A stretch of 63,196 bases of DNA, filler included, from Welwitschia mirabilis (Eukaryota), in the NCBI GenBank assembly GCA_051453625.1. It is 5 parts of one record of this genome, joined end to end, with 100 filler letters (N's around TTAATTAATTAA, not from the genome) between each part and the next. Parts side by side here need not be neighbours in the genome. Positions count along the whole stretch, not along the records: positions 1 to 30,971 come from JBOZIK010000001.1; 4 more parts are not named here. One strand, given 5' to 3'. Shown here piece after piece: positions 13,300 through 27,434 of this stretch. The position numbers were made by a program, and so were the translations under genes. The notes under the pieces are model-generated. The model searched no databases and was not told the origin of the DNA. It saw only the letters and a program-made list of their open reading frames with translations. Positions within the stretch are counted from its first letter, which is position 1, and each line of letters opens with the position of its first letter.

Positions 13300-14223
13300 A
13301 TTAATATCTTCTCTTATGCTAGACTGTCTTGATATACTTGAGTTAAACATTACTTTTTACATGTTATCACAACAGTTATTTTATCATGTATGTATCTAAT
13401 CATCTTGAGACTAATTTTTCAGGAAAAAAAATCCATCTTGTATTGTATAGTAAAACCAAATCTCCTTCATGAAAGTTTTTTCTCTAAATATATTGGTAAT
13501 GAAAGTTTTTAATTTTCTTCTTATTAATTTTCATATTTTTATAAGCATCATTTATAATCTCATCTAATTCATTAAGTTTAATTTCTATATGTTTTATTAC
13601 CACATATAGGTATTAATGAGATTTATGTTCAAGATCTACAGGTAAATAATAAGTGTTATCATAAACTAATATAAAAGGTCACATTCCTAGTGGAGTTTTG
13701 TATGTCATCTTATAATTCCACAAAACATCATTTAATTTTGTAATACTAGTCTTTTCTATTTGAACTTATCATTTTTCACAAGATGTCCTTAATTTCCCTC
13801 TTGGTAACCTCAACTTGTTTACTAGTTTGAGCATGGTAGGGTATGGTAATATTACAAGTAAACCCATGTCTAGTAAGAATCTTGTTGAAAATTCTATTAT
13901 ACAAGTGATAGTCATAATCACTAATCAAGACTCTTGGATATCCGAATATAGTCAGAATGTATTGCTTAAATAATTTTACTATAGTTTAGACATCATTATT
14001 TATATAAGCACAAGCTTCAACACCCATAGTTAAATGGTGAATACAAACTAGGATGTATTGATATCCATTAGAAAGAGGATAAGGGCCTTGAAAATTAATT
14101 TTCCATACATAAAATGGTGTCATAATAAGAATTTAACTTAATTCATCATATTTGGTGTCATGATAAGGTTTGGACTTAATTCATCATAGTTATCTTAGTA
14201 ATACTTTTAATTTTTTGAAAATT
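13300..14223 (-). pseudogene. Gypsy integrase core and C-terminal part (decayed)
   Basis: Manual translation gives FYVWKINFQGPYPLSNGYQYILVC (cf. FDVWGIDFMGPFP..G..YILV), ITIPYHAQTSKQVEVTKREIKDIL (cf. TPYHPQTSGQVEVSNREIK.IL) and RKNFHEGDLVLLYNTR. It has stops and frameshifts. Confidence 0.8.
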
Positions 14224-15506
14224 TAATCATAGCTTTGTAGTGATTCAGATTTATTTAAGTTTACACTTAGGTCCATTCTTCCATAGGGATATATATATAT
14301 GGTAACTTTTACAAAAGTAACATGATTATTATAACTTGCAATAAAAACTCAATTAAAATAAAATTGAAGATTAAGAAGGAAAGTGATCTTTGATTGGCAA
14401 TGCAAGAAAATGGAAATGCTCCAAGGATTTCATCAATTTGTCCTTTTCTCTACCTTCACTCTAATGATTTATATATCTTAAAATTAACAATTAATTAAAC
14501 TCCACCTAAAAATTGTGAAACCCAAATGATTGTGCAATAAAAATGAAAGAATAAAACTAACTTAGAATTAGCCCTACTAAATATTGTTGATGCTAAATTA
14601 ATGTGCAATAATAATGAAAGGATTAAAACTAATTTTAGAAATGGTCTTACTTAAATATTACTAATACCAAATGAGTTTATGCATTAATAGTGAAAGGGTC
14701 CAAAATAATTCTTTTATTAAAACTAACATAAATTATACATTAGATCAAATTAAGGAGGTGAAGAAGAAGAACTCCTCAAGTAGCCTTGAATCATTCTACC
14801 CTCAAGAAAGGTTATTAAATCATCATAACATCCTAGCCTCCAAGTCTTCCCCATGTTAAGCCAACTAAAATATGTTTACAATGGGTATTCAAAGCCCTTT
14901 TATAGTGAAGGCTTGGATCTAAGTCATGATTGTGTTAGGTGGTGGTTTACTTAAGGGCGATTACATAAGAAGGAAGTTATAATTTTTGGTATGTATCCAC
15001 AAAGAAGGGTTCCTTTATATTCTAATGCAAACATGGCAATGACATATCCTCTGACTGTTGATGATGCTACCAACAGATATCATGTCATGTTTATTCCACA
15101 TGACCATCCTCGTTGTCTCCATAGGTCTCTACATTATGTCATCTTGAACTTCTACATGTGTCATCAAGTATAAAAATTTTCTTTAGATTATTTTTGACTT
15201 AGCCCATAAGCTGATTGTGATAAACTTCCCAATTTATTACAATAATGTAAGTTTTATGATGTTTTGGGTTATAAAGTTCTATATAATGGTGTCAGCGTTG
15301 TGTGTTGAAACTATTTCAATTTTGGAAGTATTCTTTAGATGCTAATAACAAACCTACTAATGTTAGGGGAAAGTTCATAATCTTATAAAAAATAGTAAAA
15401 ATAGTAGAAAATGTTAATATGTGATAAAATAATGCATTTTAGTTTTCTCCATATACTAAATTAATCAATTAAACTTACATAGAATGTCAATTTTGACATG
15501 TAATCA
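14224..15506 (-). repeat. 3' LTR of element 14224-20506
   Basis: The minus strand starts TGATTACATGTCAAAATTGACATT after the PPT. Homologous to 19285-20506; ORF pairs 14671/19657 and 14991/20013 reflect this. Confidence 0.85.
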
Positions 15507-18500
15507 CACCCCCTAACTAGTCTTTTGCTAGTCCTTTAGCAAAAAGTTAATGTAGAAATGGTATCATAGAAAAATTAACTAAGTGAAAATGACAAGTAGG
15601 AAATGATATGATATTTCTAAAAAAATTTGATCATTTTTTTGATAATTTAAGATATCAAAATCAAAAAAACTTATGAAAATGGATGTCATACCCCCAATCA
15701 AATTTAAACTTTGTTCTCAAAGTTATAAAGATAGGAAATTTGAGAGAAGTCTTTTGATAACAAGTCAACTACATGGCTAATGAATGATTTTGATGAATGT
15801 ATTAAGGGAATACCACACTATAATCCATGGGAAAATAAAACATAAATCCTAATGAAAATCCATCATCTATCAATTCAAAAGCTAGATTACCTGTATTGAT
15901 GGACGCATTTATTTAAAATTTCATGCATTTTATTGTAAATTTAAATGTATCATGATATCATACAAATAAGATATCTTCTAAGTAAACCTGTAAGCAATAA
16001 AAAATTAGTTAATTGAATTTTCAAGTACATAAATTAAGGAAATTAAATACAAAAGGGTCTGCGAATTCCACCTTTTTCATTTCAATTTACCTTTTTCTAC
16101 AATCACACTTTATTTCTTCTTTTAAGAATTTAGATGAAATTAGGCATTTAGTATTATGATAGCACCTTACAATAGAGTTAAGCATGTTGATATATGGAGT
16201 TAGTATTGCATTGTCAACAATCATTTAAATCCCTAATGTAGTTGAACATGTCATAAATTAAATTACTAGATCTGCATTTCTTGCGAGCATCCATAGCCCC
16301 AATGCAGTTAACTAAACCCAATTTTTAATTGATTAATCACTAATGTGCTTTTAGAGAGGAGATATTTCATTTTATTTTTAATCATTCTACTCATATTCAA
16401 TAATTTTTAATGTGCATAAAGAGGTCATTGTCTTATTATCCTAATAAAGATAAATCTTTTCCTCATAAAATGATTTGAAAAATAATTACTCAACATGAAA
16501 GTATATTCCACCTTAATTCAACCATATTATCCAAGTGGAAGACCTTACGTCCAATAAATCTTAATAAGTTAACTTGAAAATAAGCAAAACCTTTCCTTGA
16601 AAACTACAAGTAAACTTAAATTCTACCAATTTTAATAATAATGTGATCACTTATTAACAGTTTATTCTATAATAATAATGTGATCACTTATTAATATTTT
16701 ATTGCATTAAGGGCCATCAACCAGGATTATCAAATCTCAAAAACTCGTGAATGGATGAAAGGTAAGGGTGGTTGGTAAACTTTATTAAATGGTAAAAAAG
16801 TGAAAGTGGATAAGGAAATAGTGATTTATCCTGTGGCATGGAAAGTATTTTGTGTTTCCTACATGAAAATGTTTAAGTTTGTGATTATATAGGTGGAATT
16901 ACTTAGGTGGTTTGAGACATGAAAGAGCATCAAGCACAATATTTTTTAACATTTTTAATTTTTTAAACTAACATATATTCTAAAAGAAAAATCTATTCTA
17001 AAAGAAAGCCTAAACTAAAAGCACACAAAAAAAATTAAGAGTTCTTCAAGGGACTTTCCAAGGTATTGCTTGCGTGAAGGTTCAAAATAATGAATGCGAT
17101 GTTTGAATAATGTGTCAAATTATGCAACACATTCAAAAAGAAGACCAAATCCCTATAAAAATTTATACATGAATTCATAAAATTTTGAAGAATATTAACA
17201 TTAGTAGTAAAATTTAATCATTCAAAATTAGAAAATTTTCATTTCTTAGCCTACCCATGTTTACTTAATAACTCATGTAAGACATCATTTTCGGGTGAAG
17301 ATGAGGGTGAATTAGAAATCATAAGAGAATCCAAATGATTATTAAGGGGAGTATCAGAAGGTAGTTCCAAAGGTATGGAAGGTTTATCTTCATCATTAAG
17401 ATTTGAGTCATGCTTAAAAGATGAAAAGGTCATAATTGGCTCAAGATGTTATTGAGAAAAAGGTAAAAGCTCTTCATAGTATATTATCGATAGGATCTTA
17501 GCTAATGTTCTTTTATTCATTAAGGCTTTTAAGAAATTCCCCCTCATATGATTGCTCAAGTGATAAAGATTGTGGTTTAAATAAGTTAATGTCATTTCTT
17601 TCATCTATGTCGCTTATTGATCGATCCTCTATGATATAGCTTTCTAATTTTCCATTTTTCTTAAATGAATACTCACTAACTAGGGATTAATAATTGTCAG
17701 ATACATCCAATCCTATTTCAAAATATAATCTAGATGCACCTAACTGATCACTTTCTAAGGTAGTTCTAAACTTAAGGTCCTCTTAAATATCATCATTAGT
17801 TTTGTTTTGGGCTTCTTCATGAGTTTCTTCCTCATTGTTAAGGGATATGGCCTAGGTTTTATTGATTCTAGTATTATTAATCCCTCCAAATTTTTCTAAG
17901 CTTGTAGGTTCATGGAATATAGGATATTTTTCTTAATTTCATTATTGGTTAAGATTCCTAAGAATTTGATCATTAGTTTTAGCCATTTGTTGAAGAAGTT
18001 GCTTGAGACTTTTATTAGTTTGATTAGTTGTTTTTTTTAAAGATCAAGAATGGGCTTGAAATGTATTAGAAGAAGATTTAGAAGCACCTTATAAAAATCT
18101 TTGGAAAGTATCCTTAAAAAAAGTTGAGATGAATTATTGGGGTAAGAAACATGACAAGTATTGGTAATCGAATGAGAAAGGATATGAGAAGTAAAATAAA
18201 GGGTACGGATCAAAGAATGAAGAATATAAATATGATGAATATAAAGTTGAGAAATATGAATTGTGAGAGGCAATGAAAGGCATGTGATCAAACTCCTATG
18301 ATTCATCATAAGGATTTTGGAATTCATAGTTGCAAGGAGGTTGATTCATGTATGGATGGAGTTGATGATACCTTTCAAATGTCTACCTAAATTGATAGAA
18401 GTTTCCTATAGTTCATTTAGGTTATTCATGACTCTAGAAACTATAGGGATAGACAGGTTTCAGATTGGAAGGTGTTTCAAACAAATTCTAAGCACAACTT

Positions 18501-19284
18501 ATGGTTTAAGTGTAAGAAAATGTTTAAGAGTTTAGGTTTAGAGTCTACATTTTCTAGAATTTTCTAAGTTTCATAGAAAACTTGTAAGCAGAAAGGGTTT
18601 AGAGAGTTCATAAAAGAATTATATCAAAGGTTAAGAGGCTTTAGAGTAGAAACACCAGTGGTGTTGGTCAAGGAATGTAATGGCACAAGTCCTATTGAGT
18701 AAAATAATTTAGGAAAAAGACAAAAGCTTCATGCAATCCACATAAAAGGTTTTATGTTACAGAGTCTGATAAAAAGGTAAGAGAAATCCAAAAATGTCTG
18801 AAACATAAAAATTTGCAAGTTTAGGAAAAATCCTATATAATTTTTATTAACAAAAAAGACTAATAGAAATAAAAATTTACTAAGAATTTACAAAACTCCA
18901 GAAACATAAAATACATAAAACAAATTATTAGAGTTTGGTTTGGTTTTAACTCATAATCTTAGGTTTAATTACACCTTTAAAAAAGTTGTTAAAATTATAA
19001 TATGAAAATATCAGATATAAAAATGAATTTCAAATGTTAGATTTAAAATTTAATCTCAAAAATTTTTATCAATTCAAGTTTTACTAGAAATGAACTAGTA
19101 CCTACCCCTAGAAGAAAAAGAAAACACAAAGAAAAGAGAGATAAGGACTAGTTTGGGTATCACTGGAAATGGACCAGTACTCACCAATAGGAAAATAAAA
19201 ACTAATAGAAACAATTATAAGAATAAAATCATACACTCTTGAAAAAATTATCATACTAATATCCCTGGCAATGGAGACAAAATC

Positions 19285-20506
19285 TGATCATAGCTTTGTA
19301 CTAATCAAGATTTATTTGAGTTTATACTTAGAATCATTCTTCCATAGGAATGTATGTGGTAAATTTTACAAAAGGAACATGATTATTACAACTTGCAATA
19401 AAAAATCAAACATAAGAAAATTATATTTTGAAAAAGAAAGTGATCTTTGATTACCAACACAAGGGAGTGGAAATGCACCAAGGATCTAATCAATTCATCT
19501 TCTTCTTCATCTTTGCTCCAATGATTCTTGTATCCTGAACTTAACAATTAAGTGAGCTCTCCTAAAAATTACTAATGCCAAATGATTATGCAATAATAAT
19601 GAAATAATAAAACCAACTTAGAATTAGTCTTAATAAATATTACTAATGCCAAATTAATGTGCAATAATAATGAAAGGTTTCAAACCAATTCTTTTATTAA
19701 AACTAAAATAAATTATACAACATATCAAATGAAGGAGGTGAAGAAGAAGAACTTCCCAATTAGCCTTGAATCATTCTGCCCCTCAGAAAGGTTATCAGAG
19801 CACCTTGACATCCTAGCCTTCAACTATTCCCCATGTTAATCCAATCAAAGGATGTTTACAATGGATAGTTAAGGCCCTTTTATATATGGAAAAAGGCTTG
19901 GAGGCTAAGTCATAATTGCATTAGAATGTGGTTACAAAAGGGAACTCCTTAAGAGTAGTTACATAAGGAGGAAGTTACAATTTTTGACATATAGTCACAA
20001 AGAAGGATTCCTTTGTCTTCTAATGTAAACATGGTGATAACATGTCCTCTAACTATTGATGATGCTACCAATGGATGTCATGTTATGTTTCTTTCAAATG
20101 ATCATCCTTGTTATCACCACATGTCACTACAACATGTCATCTTAAACTTCTTCCATGTGTCATCAAGTTTAAGGATTTTATTTGAATTATTTATGACTTA
20201 TTCCATAAGTTAATTGTGATGAACTTCCCAATTTATTATAGCAACATGATTTTTATGATGTTTTGGATCAGAAAGTCAGTGGTGTCAATAGTCCTAGATG
20301 GCAATCTAGCATTATGTATTAGAATTCTTTTAGTTTTAAAAGTATTCCTCATAAGCTAGCAACAAACCTACTAATGTATGAGGAAAGTATATAATCTTAT
20401 GTGAAATAGTAAAGAAGGCAAAAAACATTAATATGTAATAAAACAACGCATTTTAATGTTTCTCCTTATGCTAAATTAATCAATTAAACTTGCATAGAAT
20501 TCAATT
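19285..20506 (-). repeat. 5' LTR of element 14224-20506 (outer ~15 nt lost)
   Basis: Homologous to 14224-15506 and adjacent to the PBS. The terminal TTGACATGTAATCA seen in the partner LTR is missing. Confidence 0.85.
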
Positions 20507-23110
20507 GGCATACAAACAAAATCTTCATAAGATTTATAATAAAGATAAGAGTCTTTGAAGATAAAAAACTGATACAATCCACATTGAAGAATCTTTGTGG
20601 TAGTTTTATGGGCATAAAAATAACTACTACAAGACTTACAATGATAAATATTAAGAACATCATGTATTTCAGCTTGAGAAGTGTATGCAAATGATTTGGT
20701 TAGGAAAATACTGAAAAATATAAGGGTCATCCCAAAAGAAGCATTTTACTTAGCTTAAGAATTTATTCCTATCATTAAAAGTTTAATGAGAAAGAATAGT
20801 TTTAGAGACCAAGTAATTACTAATATTAATATACCAAGTGGATAAAGATGTTCATTAGGAAAAGAGTCATCAATAGGATCTAAATCATGAAAAAAAAAAT
20901 TTATGAATTCTTAAAATATGATCAGCAACTACATTATTAAAACATTTATTATTATTAATTCCTAAATTAATCTCTTATAAGAGTAAAATCCATCTAATTA
21001 ATCTAGGCTTGGAATCCTTCTCAATAAAATGATCCCTAAGGGCTAAATGATGTATGTAAACTATGATCTAGGACCAAGGAGGTATTACCTAAATATCTCT
21101 AAGATAAAACCACTATAAGAAGTTCCTTTCCTATGACAGTGTACTAGGGTTGACTATCATTTAAGTTTTTTCTAGCATAATGAATCACCATTAATTTTTT
21201 CTCAACTTTTTAGTCTAAAACCACATCAAAAGCATAATTACTAGCATTACATATGATCTCAAAAGATAGTTTTCAATCATGTAATTAAATTATTAGTGTT
21301 TTACTAAGTTTTTTAAAATCTTGTCAAAGGCTTATTCACAATTAGATGTCCACTTATAAGTATTACCTTATTAAGAAGGTCACAAAGATGATTAAAATTT
21401 TTTTTTAAGATGTGAATGAACCACTTATTTTATCTTACATGTCTAAGAATAGATAAAATTTCTTTAAACTTATAAGGGATATAAATATGGGTAATTAGTG
21501 AAAATTTTGTAGGATCTACTTGAATTTCTTTTTTGAAAATGGTGTGTCCTAAAATAATTCCTTTATTAACCATGAAATAACACTTTTCCCAAATTAACAC
21601 AAGGCATTTTTCAATACATCTAATAGAACAAGCTTGCAATTATGAAGGAAATGATTAAATATATTCTATAAATGGAAAATTCTTCTATAGTAATCTCCAT
21701 ACAAGATTCAAATAAATCAAAGACGATGTCAAGAATACAATATTAGAAAGTGGCAAGAGAATTACAAAGATCAAATAACATACATTTGTAAGCAAATGTT
21801 CCATAAGAATAGATGCAAGTAATTTTCTTTTAATCCTTAGGAGTAAACTCTATTTGGTTGTAACCTAAATATCCGTTTAAAAAGCAATAGAAAGAGTGTC
21901 CAATAAGTTGTTTAAGAATTTGATTAGAAGACAGAAGAGGAAAATAGTCTTTCCTAGTTATAACATTAAGTTTCTTATAATCAATATACATTTTCCACTT
22001 CATAGTAGAATTAGTAGAAATAAACTCATTATGTTTGTTAGGCACTAAGGTAATTCTTCATTTCTTAAATACAGTTTGTTTTGAACTAACTCGATTGCTA
22101 TTATAGATTAAATAGATTATACCCTTATCTAAAGGCTTAATAATTTCATATTTAACTATCTTTTTCAAGATTAGGTTGATTATCCTTTAGGATTTAATAG
22201 ATGATTTGGCATTTTCCTCAAGTTAGAGGTGATATATGCAAACACTTGGATCTATTTCTCTGATTTTTGAAAGTATCCAAGATAGGGATTTATTATGCAT
22301 TCTTAGTAAATTTAGTAAGGCATTCTTTTGAGAGGGAAACAATATGAGTTGATAACCATTAGAAAAACTAAATTTCCATCTAAAAAGGCATTATTAAGGT
22401 TTGTAAGAAGTAGGCTTAACTTAATAAAGGGTTCAATGTCCAAGTTGATGCTTAAATCATACTCTAAAACTAAGGACATGGTTAAAATGCTTTGGGTATA
22501 AGAATATGACTCAAGATCAAGAGGCTTACTTTATAACATATCAGCATGTTTAAAATCATCATAACTAAAGTATTATTTCATAGCATTAAATACATTCAAT
22601 TCATTAGTAATGTTCCCAAAAGATAGTTTGATGAGACCATTTATATAGTTGATCAAAGCATTATAAGGTGCAAGGAAAGGTCTCTCTAAGGTTTCAAAAA
22701 CTATGTGGTTAATTATTCTATCTATTTCCAAAACTAAAAAATTCATAGGGAAGTAGTAACTATCCACTTAAACAATAGCATTTTCTCTTATACCTAAAGA
22801 TAACATCAAAGAGTTGTCAACAAGTTAAAGTTGGTAATCTCGTGGTTTTAAGACCATCTAAAATCAAGTTCTTGGTGAATGTAATAAGGTAATATATTAA
22901 CACTAGTTTCCAAATATAATAAGGCTCACTTCATATGTCAACTTCCAATGGTGATGATGATAGTTGAACATCTTAAATCATTGTATTTTTGAGGTATTTA
23001 GCTTTGAATGATGACACTTATTTTTTAGATAAGGAAGGCTTTGCTCCTAATGTTTATTTTCCTCTTAATTATGCATAAGTCCTTAAGAAATTTGGCATAC
23101 GAAGGGACTT
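20507..23110 (-). pseudogene. Athila-type pol pseudogene: protease, reverse transcriptase, RNase H, integrase zinc finger
   Basis: Motifs seen: VPSYAKFLKDLC (~23072-23108); ALLYLETSVNILPY (decayed ALLDLGASVN protease site, ~22885-22926); YFPMNFLVL..RPFLA..NALI; KWKMYIDYKKLN..RKDYFPL...YCFLNGYLGYNQI; MEITIEEFSIY (decayed FMDDFS); LVLIWEKCYFMVNKGIILGH; HHCC-region YHCKSCSSYF..KTTTKILQCG. Many stops and frameshifts. Confidence 0.9.
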
Positions 23111-23355
23111 TCTTAATAGATTCTAAAATAGGGGTGTTTATTTTGAATTCCTTAAAGGCTTCAAGGGCGTCTTGTTGCTTTTTTACTATTTACTATTATT
23201 GGAATGGTTAGAGAAAAGGTAATAACTCTTTGTATGAAGGAATTTGTGGTTCTTATTTATTCTCAACTTTCTTATCCTATCTAGAATTGCTAGGTACTTC
23301 TACATCATGTATTAGAGTCTTTTCTAAGCTTTGGTTAATTTCCTTTTTACTCATT

Positions 23356-24842
23356 TGTTGGTAAATCTAGTTTTGATGATTTCACTTATCAAACATTCTG
23401 TGTCATCATGTAGATAGGTCATTAGAGAAACATTAGACCTTGATAGGCACTAGATCATGATGGATCTTCAAAGACAATATTTTACGAAAAGGATCAGATG
23501 CTAAAACTATAAAATCAATTATTTAAAGATGTCTAAAAAATTGAAAACATCTTGAGTGAAGACGTTTGGAAGGTTGAAGATGTCTCATATGCACTAGAGT
23601 TTAAATCATAGGCTAAAAGATGACTACTGTATTAAGATGACTAAGCTAAAAGTTAAACCTGACACAGATAAAGACATCTACATAATTAAAGACATTAACA
23701 TTGAGCTAAAAAAGGTAACAGAGTTAATTTATTCCTCAACTAATATCTTATGTTTTAGGTGAGCTATGAACTTGTATATGATGAATTCATGATCATGAAG
23801 GTCCAAATATACTACAGAGAAAAATTCATTAAAATCTGGTTAAGTTGACTAAAGAAATATACAATTTTAAGACATATAACTATAAGTAGACATCTACAAA
23901 AGCGAAGATGTCTCAAACCAAAGTTCACTTCAATTAAAACCAAAGTTATGTGCCTAAAGCATAGATCTTTACTATCCATTACATGATAGTTACAACATCA
24001 AATAGCTACCTTTCAAGCTCAAACGGCTAGATCTTCCTCACCCTTATCAAGCATTGACATCATGAAATAAAGAAGAATTTTTTTAGCACTTCATTAAATC
24101 AAACAAATATATAGACCTTCAAATGCACGAGTAAAGGGAATCTCTTACGAAGAAATCAAAGGATTCATTACTAAGAAGCTAACATTTCTTTCATCTTTTG
24201 ATCTTTGGATCTAAATTGTTGCATTCTTCATTCATATGTGTGATGATAACAAAAACATCACATAGCTTAAATCTTTATCAAAGCAATATCCTTTAGGCTT
24301 GTTGTTGTATTGTATTTTTAGTTTACATTATAGACTATTTTATGATTAAATGTTATTGTAAAGTCCATTTTTGAATATGAAATACCTTGTAAGGCAACCC
24401 TTGTAGGGGTGTGCATTTGATATTGTGCTTTAGGTGCTTATTTGATGTAAGGTTACTGGTGAGACAGAAAACCATTATTCCCTTATGAGGTAGAAAGTAT
24501 TGTCTTGTGAGGAATCTATTACTATTATGAAGGTTCATGCTGCACCTATGAAAACTAGTATTTCTTTAACAAGGAGAGAGTGTTGCTTTGCGAGAAGACT
24601 CTCATTTATTATAAGGTTCGTGGTTCTCTAGAAAATCACTATTTCTTATAGGTCAAGAGTATATGGAGATGTGAGTAAACGTTACCCTATCTATGTGGAC
24701 ATACCTAGGCTAGGGTGCAACATTGTCTTGATAAGGTGCATTATCATTATGCATTTGAATTTTGTTATTAGTTTAAATTTTATTTGATGGAACTCATTCA
24801 CCCATCCCCTCTAAGGTTAATCAATCCTCATCCTCAATTCTA
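23356..24842 (+). mobile_element. Ty1/copia (Sirevirus-like) solo LTR with exact 5-bp TSD
   Basis: Starts TGTTGG...GTTTTGATGAT, has C-rich ATTCACCCATCCCCTCT (24796-24812) near the 3' end, and ends in TA (decayed CA). TSD TCATT at 23351-23355 and 24843-24847. Removing it rejoins the host gag-pol linker. Confidence 0.75.
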
Positions 24843-25449
24843 TCATTTTACGTTCCTTAATATGTGTATCCTCTACCCAATAAATCATCTTGCAACTCCT
24901 AGGATTGGATTTGGGAGATATAGGAATCTTATCCTTCTCATGTTAGTTGAGTGTAAATAGTATGTAAATGATGGTTTCACTTAAATATTACATATTTTGC
25001 TAAATGTTTTGCAACATAAAAGAGATTATCAATTATTATTGATTGGTGTTTGAACTTTCATGAGTCTCTTAAGGGTATCCTCCAAAGAATGTGATGATGA
25101 GTGTTGATTATTGGAAGATAAAGATAGATGACTCATACATGATGACAGATATTAGTTTCTAAATTAACTTGTAGAATCTTGGTTTCAATTATCTTATGTT
25201 CATGAAAAATTTGGGTGGTTTCTCCATCCAAGGTTTTAAGTGTTAAGGGCTATTGGATCTTTGGATTTGACATTATTATCTGATAGCATTCACTTGTTTC
25301 TTCACAATGTCTTAAAACATGAAAATGGATAGACATTTTAATATTTCTTAATGTTCATATCATGGATTGAGAAATTGGTTCAAGAGATAATAGGCTTAAA
25401 ATAGGTTTTAATAAACTTACTCTTTCTAAAAAAGCTTATATAATTGATT

Positions 25450-26150
25450 GTTAACATCAATGTTATTAAAAAGCTTAAAGAGATCAGTTATCTTAATAGC
25501 AGGGTATGATCCAGATGGTTCATTCAGCTTCTCTCAATTTTTTAAATTCTTGGAAATGGTTTCTAAGAAATTCTAAGCTTCATTAATTTCTAAGTCAAAT
25601 AAACTTTCTGTGCACATCATCTCTACAAGTTTTTTATGGTTCGAAGAAAGGCCTTCATATAAGAAACATATGACTCTACCTTACTTAAAACCATATGGGA
25701 AACACTTGAGGATTAAATCTTTAAATCACTTTAAGTTTTAAGAGAAATTTTTATTTTATTTTTATTAGAAGTTCATGATTTCTCTCATAAGGGAATTTGT
25801 CTTATGGCTAGGGAAAAAAACTTCGTAATGAAATGTCAATTATGATCTTTTCAATTAGTGATGAAAATGGATGTGAATATATATAACCAATACTTTGCTT
25901 TCTTTTTAAGGGAAAAGATAAAAAAGATTAATCTAAGGGCATTTAAAATGTTTGGATTCTAAGGAATGATGGAAATAACACATTCAAGCTCCTTAAGATG
26001 TAAATATAGATCTTTAGACTCTAAATTGTGAAAGTATGATAATAGTTGAATGATTGCAAGCTGGGAGCCTATTCTATGAGTATTTAGAGACTAAATTGTA
26101 TAAGATGAAATTTCTAAGCATTAAGGCTGAAAGTAATCTTTTAGGATTTA
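25450..26150 (-). pseudogene. Athila-type gag (decayed)
   Basis: The minus strand gives AIIQLLSYFHNLESKDLYLHLKELECV (cf. IIQLLP.FHGLESENPYLHL.EFEEVC), followed by further degenerate retrotransposon-gag sequence. It lies between the PBS and the protease. Boundaries are approximate. Confidence 0.75.
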
Positions 26151-27410
26151 CCTAGATCGTTGAACATTGAGATTATTTCTAGGAAAATTAGATTGGAAGT
26201 GGGACTAGTTGTTTTATTTCATATTGTTGTAATTGTATCTTTCTTATAAATAGCTTTTACAAAAAGGTCTTCCTTTATGATTTGATTTAGTGTTTATATC
26301 AAAAGTAGGATGGGTTTGGTGTAATCTTCCATTAGAACTATGTTAGTAGTTGATGCACTTTTCCTATGGATTAAGACTCATTAAGTTCAAGAAACATTTC
26401 ATAAGTGTCTAGAGTGAATTTTCATAAAAATTGAAGGGTAAATTTAAGGAAAAAATAGTGGTGTTAGTGAAAGAAAATAGCAATCCTAGTTGCTTTTAGG
26501 AAAAATGAATTTAAAAAAAATTAAAAAAAAAGATGAGATGTATAACTTAACTAGGTAGAAGTGGTTAATGAAACTAAAAATGTAATAGAATGAAAGAATT
26601 ACAAGGTTAGAAAATGAAAATCGTAAAATGTAGTACAATGCGAAAAATGATGCAAATAAAGAAATTTTAACACCTCCAAATGCATAAATAGCAATGTAGA
26701 AATGCTAGTATATGAATTAAAATGCTAAAATGAAAAGAACCCTATAAGAAAATTTTTGAACTCTTTCTTCAACATCTTCAAAACTTGTAAATAGGTTAGG
26801 GGAATAAGAGGGGATGAAATAAAAGAAGAACAAAAATTTTCCATTTTTAGAAAACCTATAAAAAACTCATTACATAAAAAATGTGATATAGAAATCCTAA
26901 TAGGTTAGAGCTAAAAAGACTATAATAAAGAAAACAAAATTATAATAAAATTTAAAAACAAAGAAAAAGGAAAAGGAAAAAGGACTAGTTTGGCTTCCAT
27001 TAGAAAAGGATCAATACCATTCAATAAAAAAAGAAAAGTAAGAAAAACATTAGAAATTAAGTAGTGTAATAAAAAATAAAAGAAAAGAAAACTTAAAGGG
27101 GGAAAAAATAAAGAAAGCACTAAAAGTGGAATAGTATAAAAGGGAATTATAGTAAAGATAAAGAGAAAGAACGAGAAGTAAACTAGTATAATAGGAAAAT
27201 GCAATAAAGTAAAGAGAAATTACTAAAAGTGAATCAGTATACTATAGAATTAGGGCAAACTAAAGAAGGCACTAGAAGAGATTCAGTATAACTAAAAGTA
27301 AAAAGAAAAAAAAGTAGTATAACTAAAAGTAAAAAGAAAAAAAAAGTAGGAAAAAAAAGATTAGAAATAGAAATGTTTGTGTGATTCTCACTATAGTTAT
27401 CATTCCATTA

Positions 27411-27432
27411 TCCTGGTAACAGTACCAAAAAA
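27411..27432 (-). promoter_or_regulatory. Primer-binding site (Athila-type)
   Basis: The minus strand reads TTTTTTGGTACTGTTACCAGGA, a transition-decayed form of TTTTTGGCGCCGTTGCCGGGGA. Confidence 0.75.
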
Positions 27433-27434
27433 GC

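Larger units (their letters stand above)
14224..20506 (-). mobile_element. Non-autonomous (LARD-like) Athila-type element with paired ~1.25-kb LTRs, inserted in the host integrase
   Basis: LTRs 14224-15506 and 19285-~20506 align along their length (11 differences in the first 67 nt). PBS at 19262-19282 (minus TTTTGTCTCCATTGCCAGGGA). PPT context at 15507-15534 (minus GGACTAGCAAAAGACTAGTTAGGGGGTG). The ~3.75-kb interior lacks pol motifs. Confidence 0.85.

Noticed and set aside
14115-14190. Short local tandem duplications (also ~12751-12789, ~16632-16697, ~27286-27347, ~37455-37535) and a ~21-nt triplet at ~10760-10820
   Set aside because: Two- or three-copy slippage or repair duplications without unique spacers; not CRISPR-like and common in old TE DNA.
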